Virus record (IMG/VR): IMGVR_UViG_3300043111_000061
Location: 1-57,549 of that record
Source: a virus
Taxonomy: Duplodnaviria > Caudoviricetes
Direction: 5' to 3' (one strand)
Length of the DNA: 57,549 bases
Below, one piece after another: positions 20,775 to 29,833 of the stretch (its first letter is position 1; every line of letters starts with the position of its first letter). The notes beneath the pieces were generated by a model. It ran no database searches and was not told the DNA's origin. It saw only the letters and a program-made list of their open reading frames with translations. The position numbers were made by a program, and so were the translations under genes.

Positions 20775-22153
20775 ATTTTGTTTTCTCCTATTATTGTTGA
20801 TAATAGTTGTTTAGTATTTGATGCACTGACTTGTCCAATCCAAAACTTGCACCAATACTCCAAAAGGAGCAACTCTTCAGAAGTAAGGTAATCGGGTGGA
20901 TTGGTTTTAAACTCATTGACTAAACGACATACTGATAATTTATATAATAAATCTTCTAGTGTCTCTTTTTCTGGTATTTCTAAATCTATAGTAGATATTA
21001 GTAATTGTTCCAGTTTTTCTTCTGGAGACACGACTTCCTCATCTATAGTATTGTCATCTTCTGTATTTTCTTCTTCCTCCGTTTCCTCATCTGTTTCAGT
21101 ATCTTCACCTAAATCATCTTCTGTATCGCCTTCATCCAAATCGTCTTCTATGGGTTCTTCTTCTGGCTCCTCTTCTATTTCGTCGTCTTCGGTGGCCTCT
21201 AAAGCTTTTTGCCAGCTTTCTAATACACTACGTATAGAATTGTCTTCATATAAGATATTAAAGACAGGATGTTCTTTAATAGCTGTCTTTGACGCTTCGT
21301 TTCTTGCACCATCTAGATAATCTACTACATTTCTATCTACCTTATATATATGCAATAGAGTCCACATCAAATGTCCCTTGATATTCTTTATTTTATTTTT
21401 AAATATAAATAAAGCTAACATATTTTCAAAATAACGGGAATCGGTAGTTTTAAAATTATACCCAATAAGTCTGGAATCTATCGACGGTTTCGTAGAATCG
21501 TGAAAGTTCTTTAATAAATGCCCTGCTGAAAATACCGAAATATCTTGTTTGGGTACAGTTAAATTTGTCCAGATAGAACATAATTCTTCCCACGTATTGA
21601 CTTCACAAGACAATAGGAACATATATATAGTTGGCAAATGTTTTTTCTGTTCATATACAAATGTCGTATCTACCTTTATTATTTTGTCTATATTTAAATC
21701 TATATTTACATATAGGCCCTTTCTAATGTCCCATTTATAAGTAGGTAGTCTTACTTGACCTATGTAGGGTTTATTATAATAAATGGATACAATAGCTTCT
21801 ATTAAATTTGGGTCAATTGTAAGTACGTGTATTGGTTTTTCTTCAAATACTTTACTATATTTAATGAACTCCATGTAATCGTTGTAATTCTTTATTTTTT
21901 CCGACATAATATTTTGCAATACTAAAATAGCTTCTTTTTCAAATGTAGTTTTCTGCATACCCATAAGTTTTTCTAATTGAGTATATATGTATATTTTATC
22001 CGATATGATAGCTTCTTTTATATTTATATCTATATCTATTTTTTCTGTCGTTATAAATTTTACAAATAAGATAGCAGACATTTTCTGATATAGGTTCTTT
22101 AGATTACTTCTCATATCATCAATATTGTACGGATTATCGATAATTGTTTCCAA
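20771..22153 (-). CDS. Conserved protein between capsid and helicase genes with acidic linker
   Basis: Position matches phiKZ gp119-like genes; KALE-A motif precedes a ~60-aa D/E-rich tract; C-terminal YWCKFW. Confidence 0.55.
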   Translation of the reverse strand: METIIDNPYNIDDMRSNLKNLYQKMSAILFVKFITTEKIDIDINIKEAIISDKIYIYTQLEKLMGMQKTTFEKEAILVLQNIMSEKIKNYNDYMEFIKYSKVFEEKPIHVLTIDPNLIEAIVSIYYNKPYIGQVRLPTYKWDIRKGLYVNIDLNIDKIIKVDTTFVYEQKKHLPTIYMFLLSCEVNTWEELCSIWTNLTVPKQDISVFSAGHLLKNFHDSTKPSIDSRLIGYNFKTTDSRYFENMLALFIFKNKIKNIKGHLMWTLLHIYKVDRNVVDYLDGARNEASKTAIKEHPVFNILYEDNSIRSVLESWQKALEATEDDEIEEEPEEEPIEDDLDEGDTEDDLGEDTETDEETEEEENTEDDNTIDEEVVSPEEKLEQLLISTIDLEIPEKETLEDLLYKLSVCRLVNEFKTNPPDYLTSEELLLLEYWCKFWIGQVSASNTKQLLSTIIGENKI

Positions 22154-22234
22154 CCTTATCTCCTTTATTTATTAATTTACCCGTTGAAATTATAGTATGT
22201 TAAGAAGCTAATTCATTAAAATCAGGAGAAATAA

Positions 22235-23788
22235 ATGCTTTACTCAGAAACATCTACATACCTAGATTGTATTTCTTTATTGCTACATATTAATGATGAA
22301 AAAACAAAATCTCTTATAACTAAAGTTTTAGATAATTTAGATAATAGCAATACTAATTTGGTTTCTAATAGAGACCCTATTGGATTATTTTACAAGACTA
22401 TAGTTAAAGAATTATTAAACAATGACTACACTATTGAAAATAAGGATGAGTTAAATGTCCTTTTATTAAAATATAAAGACAGCCCTATATTTGCAAAAGA
22501 CCCGGATATATATAAACAACTAGAAAAATTATTCAATAGGGAACAAAGATTTAGTGAAACCAGCCTTAAGAATACTTCTAAAAGATTACAAAATATATTG
22601 ATATGGGATATCTGTAATCAGCAAGTAAGAAAAATGTTTGGACATTTAAGTCAAGCCGCCGAATCCAAATCACCATTAAAACAAAGCGATGCTTTAAGTT
22701 CTATATTAGAAGCGGCGTCTAACATAGAAGCTACTTTTAAAGAGGATACTTTTGCACAAGGCGATGCTATTATAGAAAAAACGGTGGAGCATATAGATTT
22801 CACAAATAAAGACCATATACTTACAGCACTCAGTACTTTTAAAGACCGCAAAAGAAAAGGTGCCATGAAATTAGGATTACAAGGAGTAAACAGGTTATTT
22901 GGTGAAGATGGTGGTCCTACTTTAGGTGAAACTATTGTATTTGCCGCACTACCATATAATTACAAATCGGGTATACTCAAATCCATCGCTAAATGGATAG
23001 TAAAATATAATATACCACCAGTTCATCCTGAAGGTAAACCACCCCTTATCATATTCTTTTCTTTGGAGAATGAAGGTTTCCAAAATCTTGTATGGTGGTT
23101 TAAGAGCGTTTATGAAACAACAACAAATACATCGTCAGTAGGTCTGGATACCGAATATATAGTAGAGTATGTATATAACTATTTTAACCAGAATGGCTAT
23201 CATTTCATAGTACAGAGATATCATCCAAGCGATTTTGGTTATCAAGAATATAAGTCTGTATGTGAGTATTATAGTCAGTCTTACAATATCGTCTCTACTA
23301 TAATTGACTATATGGGTAAAATGTCTAAAGGAAAAGGTAAGGCATCTAGTGAAGGCAACCATCTCTTATATGGAGAACTATATAGTAATATTTGTAACTT
23401 CGCTAAACAATATGGTTTTCTATTAGCTACAGCACATCAGTTAAATAGAGATGCCAAAAGATTAGCCGCCAATGCCTCTAATGCTGTTAAAAAATTTAAT
23501 GGTACACATATGGCAGATTCTATGGACGTTGAAAGAGAAGTAGATACTCTGATCTTCTTACATATAGAAGAGAATAGTGTTGGCGATAGTTATCTGACAG
23601 GATATAGATATAAACGAAGGCACGATGAAGCTTTACCAAAAAAGAATAAATACTTCGCTTATAGATTTACACCATATGGTATTCCAGATGACGTAGAAGG
23701 AGAGGATATGTCTATTACCGATATATATAGCGATGCTAAGAATAATGGAAATAAGTCACATATAACTACAGTAGATGAGGCTTTTTAA
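22235..23788 (+). CDS. dnaB: DnaB-like replicative helicase (phiKZ-type)
   Basis: LGLQGVNRLFG...GETIVFAALPYNYKSG (Walker A variant), FFSLEN, IIDYM, TAHQLN, EREVD. Confidence 0.85.
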   Translation: MLYSETSTYLDCISLLLHINDEKTKSLITKVLDNLDNSNTNLVSNRDPIGLFYKTIVKELLNNDYTIENKDELNVLLLKYKDSPIFAKDPDIYKQLEKLFNREQRFSETSLKNTSKRLQNILIWDICNQQVRKMFGHLSQAAESKSPLKQSDALSSILEAASNIEATFKEDTFAQGDAIIEKTVEHIDFTNKDHILTALSTFKDRKRKGAMKLGLQGVNRLFGEDGGPTLGETIVFAALPYNYKSGILKSIAKWIVKYNIPPVHPEGKPPLIIFFSLENEGFQNLVWWFKSVYETTTNTSSVGLDTEYIVEYVYNYFNQNGYHFIVQRYHPSDFGYQEYKSVCEYYSQSYNIVSTIIDYMGKMSKGKGKASSEGNHLLYGELYSNICNFAKQYGFLLATAHQLNRDAKRLAANASNAVKKFNGTHMADSMDVEREVDTLIFLHIEENSVGDSYLTGYRYKRRHDEALPKKNKYFAYRFTPYGIPDDVEGEDMSITDIYSDAKNNGNKSHITTVDEAF

Positions 23789-23790
23789 TT

Positions 23791-24426
23791 ATGTTTATTA
23801 GTATAGAAGGAACTAGTGAAGGTTGTGGGAAATCTACTCAAGCTAAACTATTATACGAATATTTATTATCTAAAGGACACAAAACATTACTTACTAAAGA
23901 GCCAGGTTCTCCACACTTAGATATTTGTACCGATATTAGAAAAATATTACTTGATCCTAAGAACAATTTGTGTGGTAATACAGAACTGTTTTTATATGCG
24001 GCAGATAGATCAGAACATATAGATAAAATCCTAAGGCCTCACCTATCTAAAGGTTATATAGTCATAACAGATAGATATATCGATAGTACAATAGCTATAC
24101 AAGGATATGGTAGAGAACTTCCTAAAGAAAAAATAAAACAGACAATACAATTAGCCACAGATGGGTTGAAACCAGATCTTACTGTACTTATAGATTTACA
24201 ACCAGAAGAAGGTCTGCGTAGAGCCTTTAAAGATCTCGATGAAGGTATAAGAGAACATAATGAATCGAGATTTGAATTAGAAGAATTAGCTTTTCATAAA
24301 CGAGTATATAGAGGATTTATGGAAGCACATTGGGAAGATAAAGATCGTTTCTTTGTAGTAGATGGGAGACTATCTATAGAAGAGATACATAAAAAAATTA
24401 AAAATAAACTCAGTGAATATCTATAG
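23791..24426 (+). CDS. tmk: Thymidylate kinase
   Basis: FISIEG..GCGKSTQ, KEPG, LYAADR, DRYIDSTIAIQG, PDLT, RFE. Confidence 0.95.
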   Translation: MFISIEGTSEGCGKSTQAKLLYEYLLSKGHKTLLTKEPGSPHLDICTDIRKILLDPKNNLCGNTELFLYAADRSEHIDKILRPHLSKGYIVITDRYIDSTIAIQGYGRELPKEKIKQTIQLATDGLKPDLTVLIDLQPEEGLRRAFKDLDEGIREHNESRFELEELAFHKRVYRGFMEAHWEDKDRFFVVDGRLSIEEIHKKIKNKLSEYL

Positions 24427-24453
24427 GTAAAGAGGGCACAGCCCTCTTTACCT
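24425..24453. terminator. Bidirectional hairpin
   Basis: AGGTAAAGAGGGC-ACA-GCCCTCTTTACCT between convergent units. Confidence 0.7.
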
Positions 24454-24570
24454 TATTACCAATATTCGCTTATATTGATCTTCTTTATTTTATTACATAA
24501 ATAGATCTGAGTCTCATTACTTGTGAAAATAAGAGACCACGACATTTAATAATTAATAACTCATTGTACT

Positions 24571-24951
24571 TTAACTCCTCATTATGTTATCATTAAATGG
24601 CAAGAGCTGGAAATGATCTTTGCCACAATAAATTTGACGACTATATTCTTTAATGAACGTATAATAACCATCGACCTTCGTATGTTTCAAATATGGTACT
24701 ACATCGTCTACTACTATGAGTATACCAGTTTCTTTAAAGAAATCCATAGATGCGATGTTGGTAGTACTTTTTAAGTCTGTCATGAGTATCGTTGGTTTAC
24801 CGTTGTTGTTAAAATCGAAAATTAATCTCCGATAAATATATTCTGGTGTAAAGATATTAAAACACGAATTCTCTTTCCGTTCAACTCCTACTATAACTGG
24901 TTCGATTCCATGTTCTGTATATTCTATACCTAATTTATATTCCATCACCAT
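24571..24951 (-). CDS. Hypothetical protein (126 aa)
   Basis: AAGGA RBS; in the minus-strand early operon. Confidence 0.65.
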   Translation of the reverse strand: MVMEYKLGIEYTEHGIEPVIVGVERKENSCFNIFTPEYIYRRLIFDFNNNGKPTILMTDLKSTTNIASMDFFKETGILIVVDDVVPYLKHTKVDGYYTFIKEYSRQIYCGKDHFQLLPFNDNIMRS

Positions 24952-24970
24952 TTCCTTTCTTTAGGCAATA

Positions 24971-25639
24971 TTATTCAAAAGGCCAGGTTTCGGCATAATG
25001 GCCTTTTTCATTTATCAACGTATTCCATGAATCCATTGCTAATTTATATAGATCAGTCCGCAATGGTTCGATTTTCTTTGTACCGACTTCCCTGAAGTTT
25101 AAATAAATATAGTTTTGATTTATTATCTTATTTAACCAATCGAACTCTTTGTTATTGAGCATTTTAGTCATATCTCCTCTAGAATTCAGGGACCACCTTA
25201 TTTTATACGTATCAATTTTCTTTGTTTTTCTGGAAAATTTGTCGAGGAGCCATAATTCAAATACATCATCATAATTCATAATAACTAGATCATCCATATA
25301 TTTTACATGTGCTTGTGTATATATCATTAGATCTAAGGATTGGTGATTTGGAATAATGTACTGATCTTTGTATGGTCTGTCTTTCGTTATAGTCGATATA
25401 TATGTTTCTGAGAAGAAAGTGGCTTTGAATAATTTTTCCCAATCTTTCTCCATGCCCATATTAATTACTGCATCCATTAGTACTAGTGGTTTTTGAGTTT
25501 TAGCATCTAGAAGGATACTTTCGTGAGCATGAGTATCTGTAAATACTCTCAAAACATAATCGCCTAATTTAAAGTTATTAGTATGTATATTTGCCAAATG
25601 TTGGATTCTTTCTTTTTCTAACTTAGGTAATCTAATCAT
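24971..25639 (-). CDS. Hypothetical protein (222 aa)
   Basis: AAGGA RBS; operon context. Confidence 0.7.
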   Translation of the reverse strand: MIRLPKLEKERIQHLANIHTNNFKLGDYVLRVFTDTHAHESILLDAKTQKPLVLMDAVINMGMEKDWEKLFKATFFSETYISTITKDRPYKDQYIIPNHQSLDLMIYTQAHVKYMDDLVIMNYDDVFELWLLDKFSRKTKKIDTYKIRWSLNSRGDMTKMLNNKEFDWLNKIINQNYIYLNFREVGTKKIEPLRTDLYKLAMDSWNTLINEKGHYAETWPFE

Positions 25640-25657
25640 ATTTCAGTTCCTTTCGAA

Positions 25658-26104
25658 TTAAAAAGTTACAGTCTTTACTAGACGTCTATATCTTGGCAAC
25701 ATTTCCGTATAATTTACATACATCTCCATTATTTTATCATATGGAACATTATGAGAATTTCTGTTACTCGCGACATTTGGATCGCCTCTAAATTCTATGA
25801 TTTCAATATCATCAATTCCCATAGCCAACGCTACTTGTATATATGGAGTATATTCTTCTGGCCTTATATTAGTATTATCAACTATAATCAAATCTGTAGT
25901 CGGGAACATGATTTTGATCAAATAATTTCGCATACAACTTACATGTGCTTCGTTTAATTTAGTTACGTCAAACTTATATTCTCCTCTATCGTTTATGAAA
26001 TAATTATCTGCTGAACAAATAGCAGTATATGTTTCATTATAATTTTCTTTGATATAAGTACTTTTACCTGATCCCGGAAGTCCTCTCATTATCTTAACTT
26101 TCAT
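25658..26104 (-). CDS. P-loop kinase, AAA_33/N4BP2-like polynucleotide kinase family
   Basis: IMRGLPGSGKST, CSADNYF, YKFDVTKLNEAH, IIVDNTN, RNSHNVP. Start set at ATG 26104 (AGGAG RBS). Confidence 0.85.
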   Translation of the reverse strand: MKVKIMRGLPGSGKSTYIKENYNETYTAICSADNYFINDRGEYKFDVTKLNEAHVSCMRNYLIKIMFPTTDLIIVDNTNIRPEEYTPYIQVALAMGIDDIEIIEFRGDPNVASNRNSHNVPYDKIMEMYVNYTEMLPRYRRLVKTVTF

Positions 26105-26197
26105 GATTATCTCCTTAATTGACATGTAGATATATTTGGATCATATGGTATTAAAACTTCTTTACAATCAACTGTATAGAGTTTGACTACATCGTGT

Positions 26198-26413
26198 TTA
26201 TTTGGTATCATTCTTTTTTGTCCTTTTTAAATAAAATGGTCTTTCTTTAACTCTTATTGCTTTCTTAAATTCCACTGAATGTCTAAGTATAGTAAACTCA
26301 ACCATATCTCCTGTTTCTAAATTAAGTTTTTCTCTGACATCTTTAGGAATAGTGATTTGTCCTTTTTTAGATACAGGCATCATATACCTGTTTTTAAAAG
26401 TTAGCATTTGCAT
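26198..26413 (-). CDS. AbrB/MazE/SpoVT-family DNA-binding protein
   Basis: VSKKGQITIPKDVREKLNLETGDMVEF signature; start probably 26413 or 26407, coupled to the upstream small ORF. Confidence 0.9.
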   Translation of the reverse strand: MQMLTFKNRYMMPVSKKGQITIPKDVREKLNLETGDMVEFTILRHSVEFKKAIRVKERPFYLKRTKKNDTK

Positions 26414-26544
26414 TTTCCAATTCCAATGGTTACTGTAAAGCACATAAACGATATGGATAAATGTAAATCATACATATCTGTGTTCCATCTAATACCTAAG
26501 CCTATGTGCTTTTCCATAAATAAATCAAATCTTCTAACTCCCAT
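26401..26544 (-). CDS. Unlisted small ORF, 47 aa (MGVRRFDLFMEKHIGLGIRWNTDMYDLHLSISFMCFTVTIGIGKCKC)
   Basis: AAAGGAG RBS, first ORF after the early promoter, stop overlaps the AbrB start (ATGCTAA). Confidence 0.7.
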   Translation of the reverse strand: MGVRRFDLFMEKHIGLGIRWNTDMYDLHLSISFMCFTVTIGIGKCKC

Positions 26545-26590
26545 AATAACTCCTTTTATATTTATTGGTTTTAATATTCTTTTTCTATTT

Positions 26591-26607
26591 AGTAATATAT
26601 AGTTAAA
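26591..26607 (-). promoter_or_regulatory. Early promoter
   Basis: AGTAATATATAGTTAAA on + (TATATTAC core on minus). Confidence 0.7.
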
Positions 26608-26632
26608 ATTATAAAGAAAGACAAAAAAATAT

Positions 26633-26661
26633 ATAAGGAGGAGCTACTAGCTCCTCCTTAT
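26633..26661 (-). terminator. Hairpin terminator after ligase operon
   Basis: ATAAGGAGGAGCTA-C-TAGCTCCTCCTTAT followed on minus by ATATTTTTTTGTC. Confidence 0.75.
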
Positions 26662-26666
26662 TGTAC

Positions 26667-26888
26667 TTATTTGTATGTACCATTTGTATAAAAATCAGTA
26701 CTGTAAAAATCTACAGACTTAGCTATAGGTTTCATATTACTACAGCTACAGCCAATGGCCGCAAAACAACATCTTAAACCAGAAGACCATAAAGATATAA
26801 GTCCTTGGTTAGTCTTTTCTAATATATGCTTTTGACTATTAGCCATAGATGACATATATCTTTTCCAATTCTCTACCGTACTATTCAT
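26667..26888 (-). CDS. Small Cys-containing hypothetical protein (73 aa)
   Basis: Strong AAGGAGG RBS; lies between ligase and terminator. Confidence 0.65.
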   Translation of the reverse strand: MNSTVENWKRYMSSMANSQKHILEKTNQGLISLWSSGLRCCFAAIGCSCSNMKPIAKSVDFYSTDFYTNGTYK

Positions 26889-26911
26889 ATAACTGTTCCT
26901 CCTTATCTGGG

Positions 26912-28636
26912 TTAACTGTTATATGATATACCAACCTTCTCAAATTTAATTATTATATCTTTGTTCTTATTCAAGTATTTTTTAAGAGAATCAGTAACTA
27001 CTTCACCGATACCATTTACTTGAAAAGTGCCATTATTTAAATCGTCGATTAATTTATATATATTTCTATAGTTGTCTGCCAACAATTGTGCTGTGCGTAC
27101 AGATACCTTGGGTATACATAAAATTGTAATAAATTCTGAAAAAGATACCGGTAAAGCGTCTTCAATGTTAGCGATTATGTTACTTGCCAATTTATCACCT
27201 ACTCTATCTAAAGATATCAGATCTTCTTTAGTCAATGTAAATATATCTGGTAGATCATTTATGATATTCTTATCTATTAACTGATCTATTATCTTACTAC
27301 CAAGACCATCGATATCCAACACCTCTCTACTTACCATGAATTCTATTCTTTTCTTTAATTGTCCCTTACACAAGACATTAGGACAATGTAATGTAGAATC
27401 TATATAAATTAACTCCGTATCGCATATAGGACAGTTAGTCGGAGGAACATATGGCTCATATTTGGTTATAGTAGCTACCTTAGTTATCTTAGGTATAACT
27501 CCACCAGATCGTTTGATAAATACTTTGGCTTTCTCATATATACCTAATCTTTTTATTTCATCGAAATTATGTAATGTACATCTACTTATAGTAGCCCCAT
27601 CTAACTCCACTGGATCTATTATAGCTACAGGAGTTATAGCTCCTGATCTACCTATACTTAATTCTATTTCTTGGATAGTAGTTATTTTAGTGGCTACTTC
27701 AAATTTATACGCTATGCTATGTTTGGGATACTTATTATTATTGCCTAGTATATCTTGATCTTTAAAACTGTCTAGTTTTATAACTATTCCATCTGTTTCA
27801 TAGAACGAGGTATTTCTAATCTGTCGATAATGGTTCTCGTATTTGTCTTTTACTTCATCTATAGTTAGATGATGTATATTAGTATTTATTGTAGGAAATC
27901 CTAATTTACATAAGAAAATATACATTTCTTCATATGTATTTATTTCTTTATCATTATGCATATAAGCTTGATAAGGTATAAAGATAAGACTACGTTGTGC
28001 AGTTACATTAGGATCCAATACTCTCAACGATCCAGCAGCAGCGTTTCTTGGACTAATAAAAGGTTTTAGACCAACTTTGGTTCTTTCATTATTTATATTT
28101 ACAAAATCCATTTTAGAAATAATGACTTCTCCCCTAACTACAATATATGAATTATCAGGGATGATTTTAGGTATATTACTGATAGCATATGCGTTGGCTG
28201 TAACATCTTCTCCTTTTATTCCATCACCACGAGTAATGGCTTGTATTAACTTACCTTTGTCGTATATAAGAGACAATGAAACCCCATCGTATTTAAATTC
28301 TGTAGTATATTTAGGATTATCTATTATCTTACTTATTCGTTTATGAAACTTATCTATATCCTTATCAGTAAATGCGTTTTGTAAAGATAACATAGGAATG
28401 AGATGTTTTATAGTTTTAAAATCTTTCTTTACCTTGCCGCCTACTAATTGTGAGGGCGAATCCTTCTTTACTATAAAAGGATATTGTTTTTCTATCTCTA
28501 TTAACCTGGTATACAACGCATCGTATTCCTGATCTGAGATAACGGGATTGTCTTCTGTATAATACAATCTATTGTGCTCTAATATAGAAGCTTTTAATTC
28601 TTTATATTCTTTCATGGTATCTATTGGTATGTTCAT
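26912..28636 (-). CDS. ligA: NAD+-dependent DNA ligase (no BRCT domain)
   Basis: YY..DNPVISDQEYD, MLSLQN, EFKYDG (adenylation Lys), TRGDG, RGEV, PRNAAAGSLR, DGIVIK, C4 zinc finger, HhH. Start set at ATG 28636. Confidence 0.95.
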   Translation of the reverse strand: MNIPIDTMKEYKELKASILEHNRLYYTEDNPVISDQEYDALYTRLIEIEKQYPFIVKKDSPSQLVGGKVKKDFKTIKHLIPMLSLQNAFTDKDIDKFHKRISKIIDNPKYTTEFKYDGVSLSLIYDKGKLIQAITRGDGIKGEDVTANAYAISNIPKIIPDNSYIVVRGEVIISKMDFVNINNERTKVGLKPFISPRNAAAGSLRVLDPNVTAQRSLIFIPYQAYMHNDKEINTYEEMYIFLCKLGFPTINTNIHHLTIDEVKDKYENHYRQIRNTSFYETDGIVIKLDSFKDQDILGNNNKYPKHSIAYKFEVATKITTIQEIELSIGRSGAITPVAIIDPVELDGATISRCTLHNFDEIKRLGIYEKAKVFIKRSGGVIPKITKVATITKYEPYVPPTNCPICDTELIYIDSTLHCPNVLCKGQLKKRIEFMVSREVLDIDGLGSKIIDQLIDKNIINDLPDIFTLTKEDLISLDRVGDKLASNIIANIEDALPVSFSEFITILCIPKVSVRTAQLLADNYRNIYKLIDDLNNGTFQVNGIGEVVTDSLKKYLNKNKDIIIKFEKVGISYNS

Positions 28637-28725
28637 TATATTTTCCTTATGAAAAAATAAAATACTATTGGTTAGGTGGTCTATACAATAGAAATTATGC
28701 ATTAATTTGTATAGACCACTTTTAT

Positions 28726-29712
28726 TTATTTCGAGAATTCCTGTAGATATTGATCCATTACCTTACCAATAAAAGACTTCTCTTTTTCAGTTACAGCGAT
28801 ATCGTCATAAATACACCTCAGTGATGTAAACATAGGATAATCGTCGAAAAACTTTTCATCGAATATCTGTTTCCTTAAATCTTGTTCTCTCCCTGATATA
28901 TCGTTGAGAGTATCTAATGGAGATACTACTGTATTAGTAGCGGATCTTTTATCTGCCTCGATCAAATACTTTTCAGTCCCAAACAAAAGAGCATAGGGAT
29001 TTATTTTCATAGACAACAAGTCTGTCATGTTTCTTGCAATTTCTATTAAGTCATCTTCTTTCAATAAAGTGCTTTGGTTAGGTAGATTGAATATTACTTT
29101 TTCAGTGCCATTCTTTTTGAGGTTAGCATACGGTACTCCAAACAACGCCAACAAATACTTTATGTTAGATGTTATTTGTTCGTTTATCTTGTTTGTCTGA
29201 CTTATCGATCTGTCATATTTATAATACTCCTCATATAGATTTGTCCTATATACGGATAATCCAAATGAAGCTAAAAGAAATTCGGTTTTCTCTTCTACTT
29301 TGGTCTGTGGTAACACGATATCCCTATATTTCTTATCTGCTGGATCGATGTTCCAATATCGATATACTTCCATAAGACTTAGTAGAGGTTTGATCGCATT
29401 CCTTATAAATGAAGGTATCTCATTCTCATGGCTTTTCTTTATGTCAGAGGATAGCATATGTACCATAAGGTCTTCAGAAGCCCTTACTACAAAGAACGTA
29501 GTCGCATATCTTCCTCGAGCATTTTTAATCGGTTCTCTCTCGTAAGGTGTTTCAGTAGCTTCATATATCGACAAAATAGTACGATTGAATTCTACTAGCT
29601 CTTTTCTATATGTACTAATATGTGGTTTAGATACCATTTTTGTATGTAGTTCTCTCTTAGCTACTAACTCTTTGATTGCTTCACTTATTTCTAGTTCTTT
29701 TGTACTTTCCAT
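28726..29712 (-). CDS. Hypothetical early protein
   Basis: Real start probably the ATG at 29712 (AAGGAG RBS, downstream of the promoter at 29762). Confidence 0.7.
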   Translation of the reverse strand: MESTKELEISEAIKELVAKRELHTKMVSKPHISTYRKELVEFNRTILSIYEATETPYEREPIKNARGRYATTFFVVRASEDLMVHMLSSDIKKSHENEIPSFIRNAIKPLLSLMEVYRYWNIDPADKKYRDIVLPQTKVEEKTEFLLASFGLSVYRTNLYEEYYKYDRSISQTNKINEQITSNIKYLLALFGVPYANLKKNGTEKVIFNLPNQSTLLKEDDLIEIARNMTDLLSMKINPYALLFGTEKYLIEADKRSATNTVVSPLDTLNDISGREQDLRKQIFDEKFFDDYPMFTSLRCIYDDIAVTEKEKSFIGKVMDQYLQEFSK

Positions 29713-29760
29713 ACTGACTCCTTTAATACTAATGTTTGGGTTAATATTTAAATTCAATAT

Positions 29761-29790
29761 AGTAATATATATTTAGAAATATGATGAAAT
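29761..29790 (-). promoter_or_regulatory. Early promoter with upstream TTTCATC element
   Basis: AGTAATATATATTTAGAAATATGATGAAAT on +. Confidence 0.75.
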
Positions 29791-29799
29791 GCGAAATCT

Positions 29800-29832
29800 A
29801 TATAAGAGAGCTCACAATGAGCTCTCTTATAT
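29800..29832. terminator. Hairpin after 29834..31606
   Basis: ATATAAGAGAGCTCA-CAA-TGAGCTCTCTTATAT. Confidence 0.65.
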
Positions 29833-29833
29833 T

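Noticed and set aside
21030-21200. Low-complexity tct/tcc repeats
   Set aside because: They simply encode the Asp/Glu-rich linker of the 460-aa protein.
24421-24570. Possible 32-aa minus-strand ORF (MSWSLIFTS...)
   Set aside because: No clear RBS and it runs into the terminator; cannot be supported.
29713-29757. N-terminal extension of ORF 28726..29757 with an SME cleavage motif
   Set aside because: The TTG start abuts the promoter; AAGGAG points to ATG 29712, so the motif is not translated.
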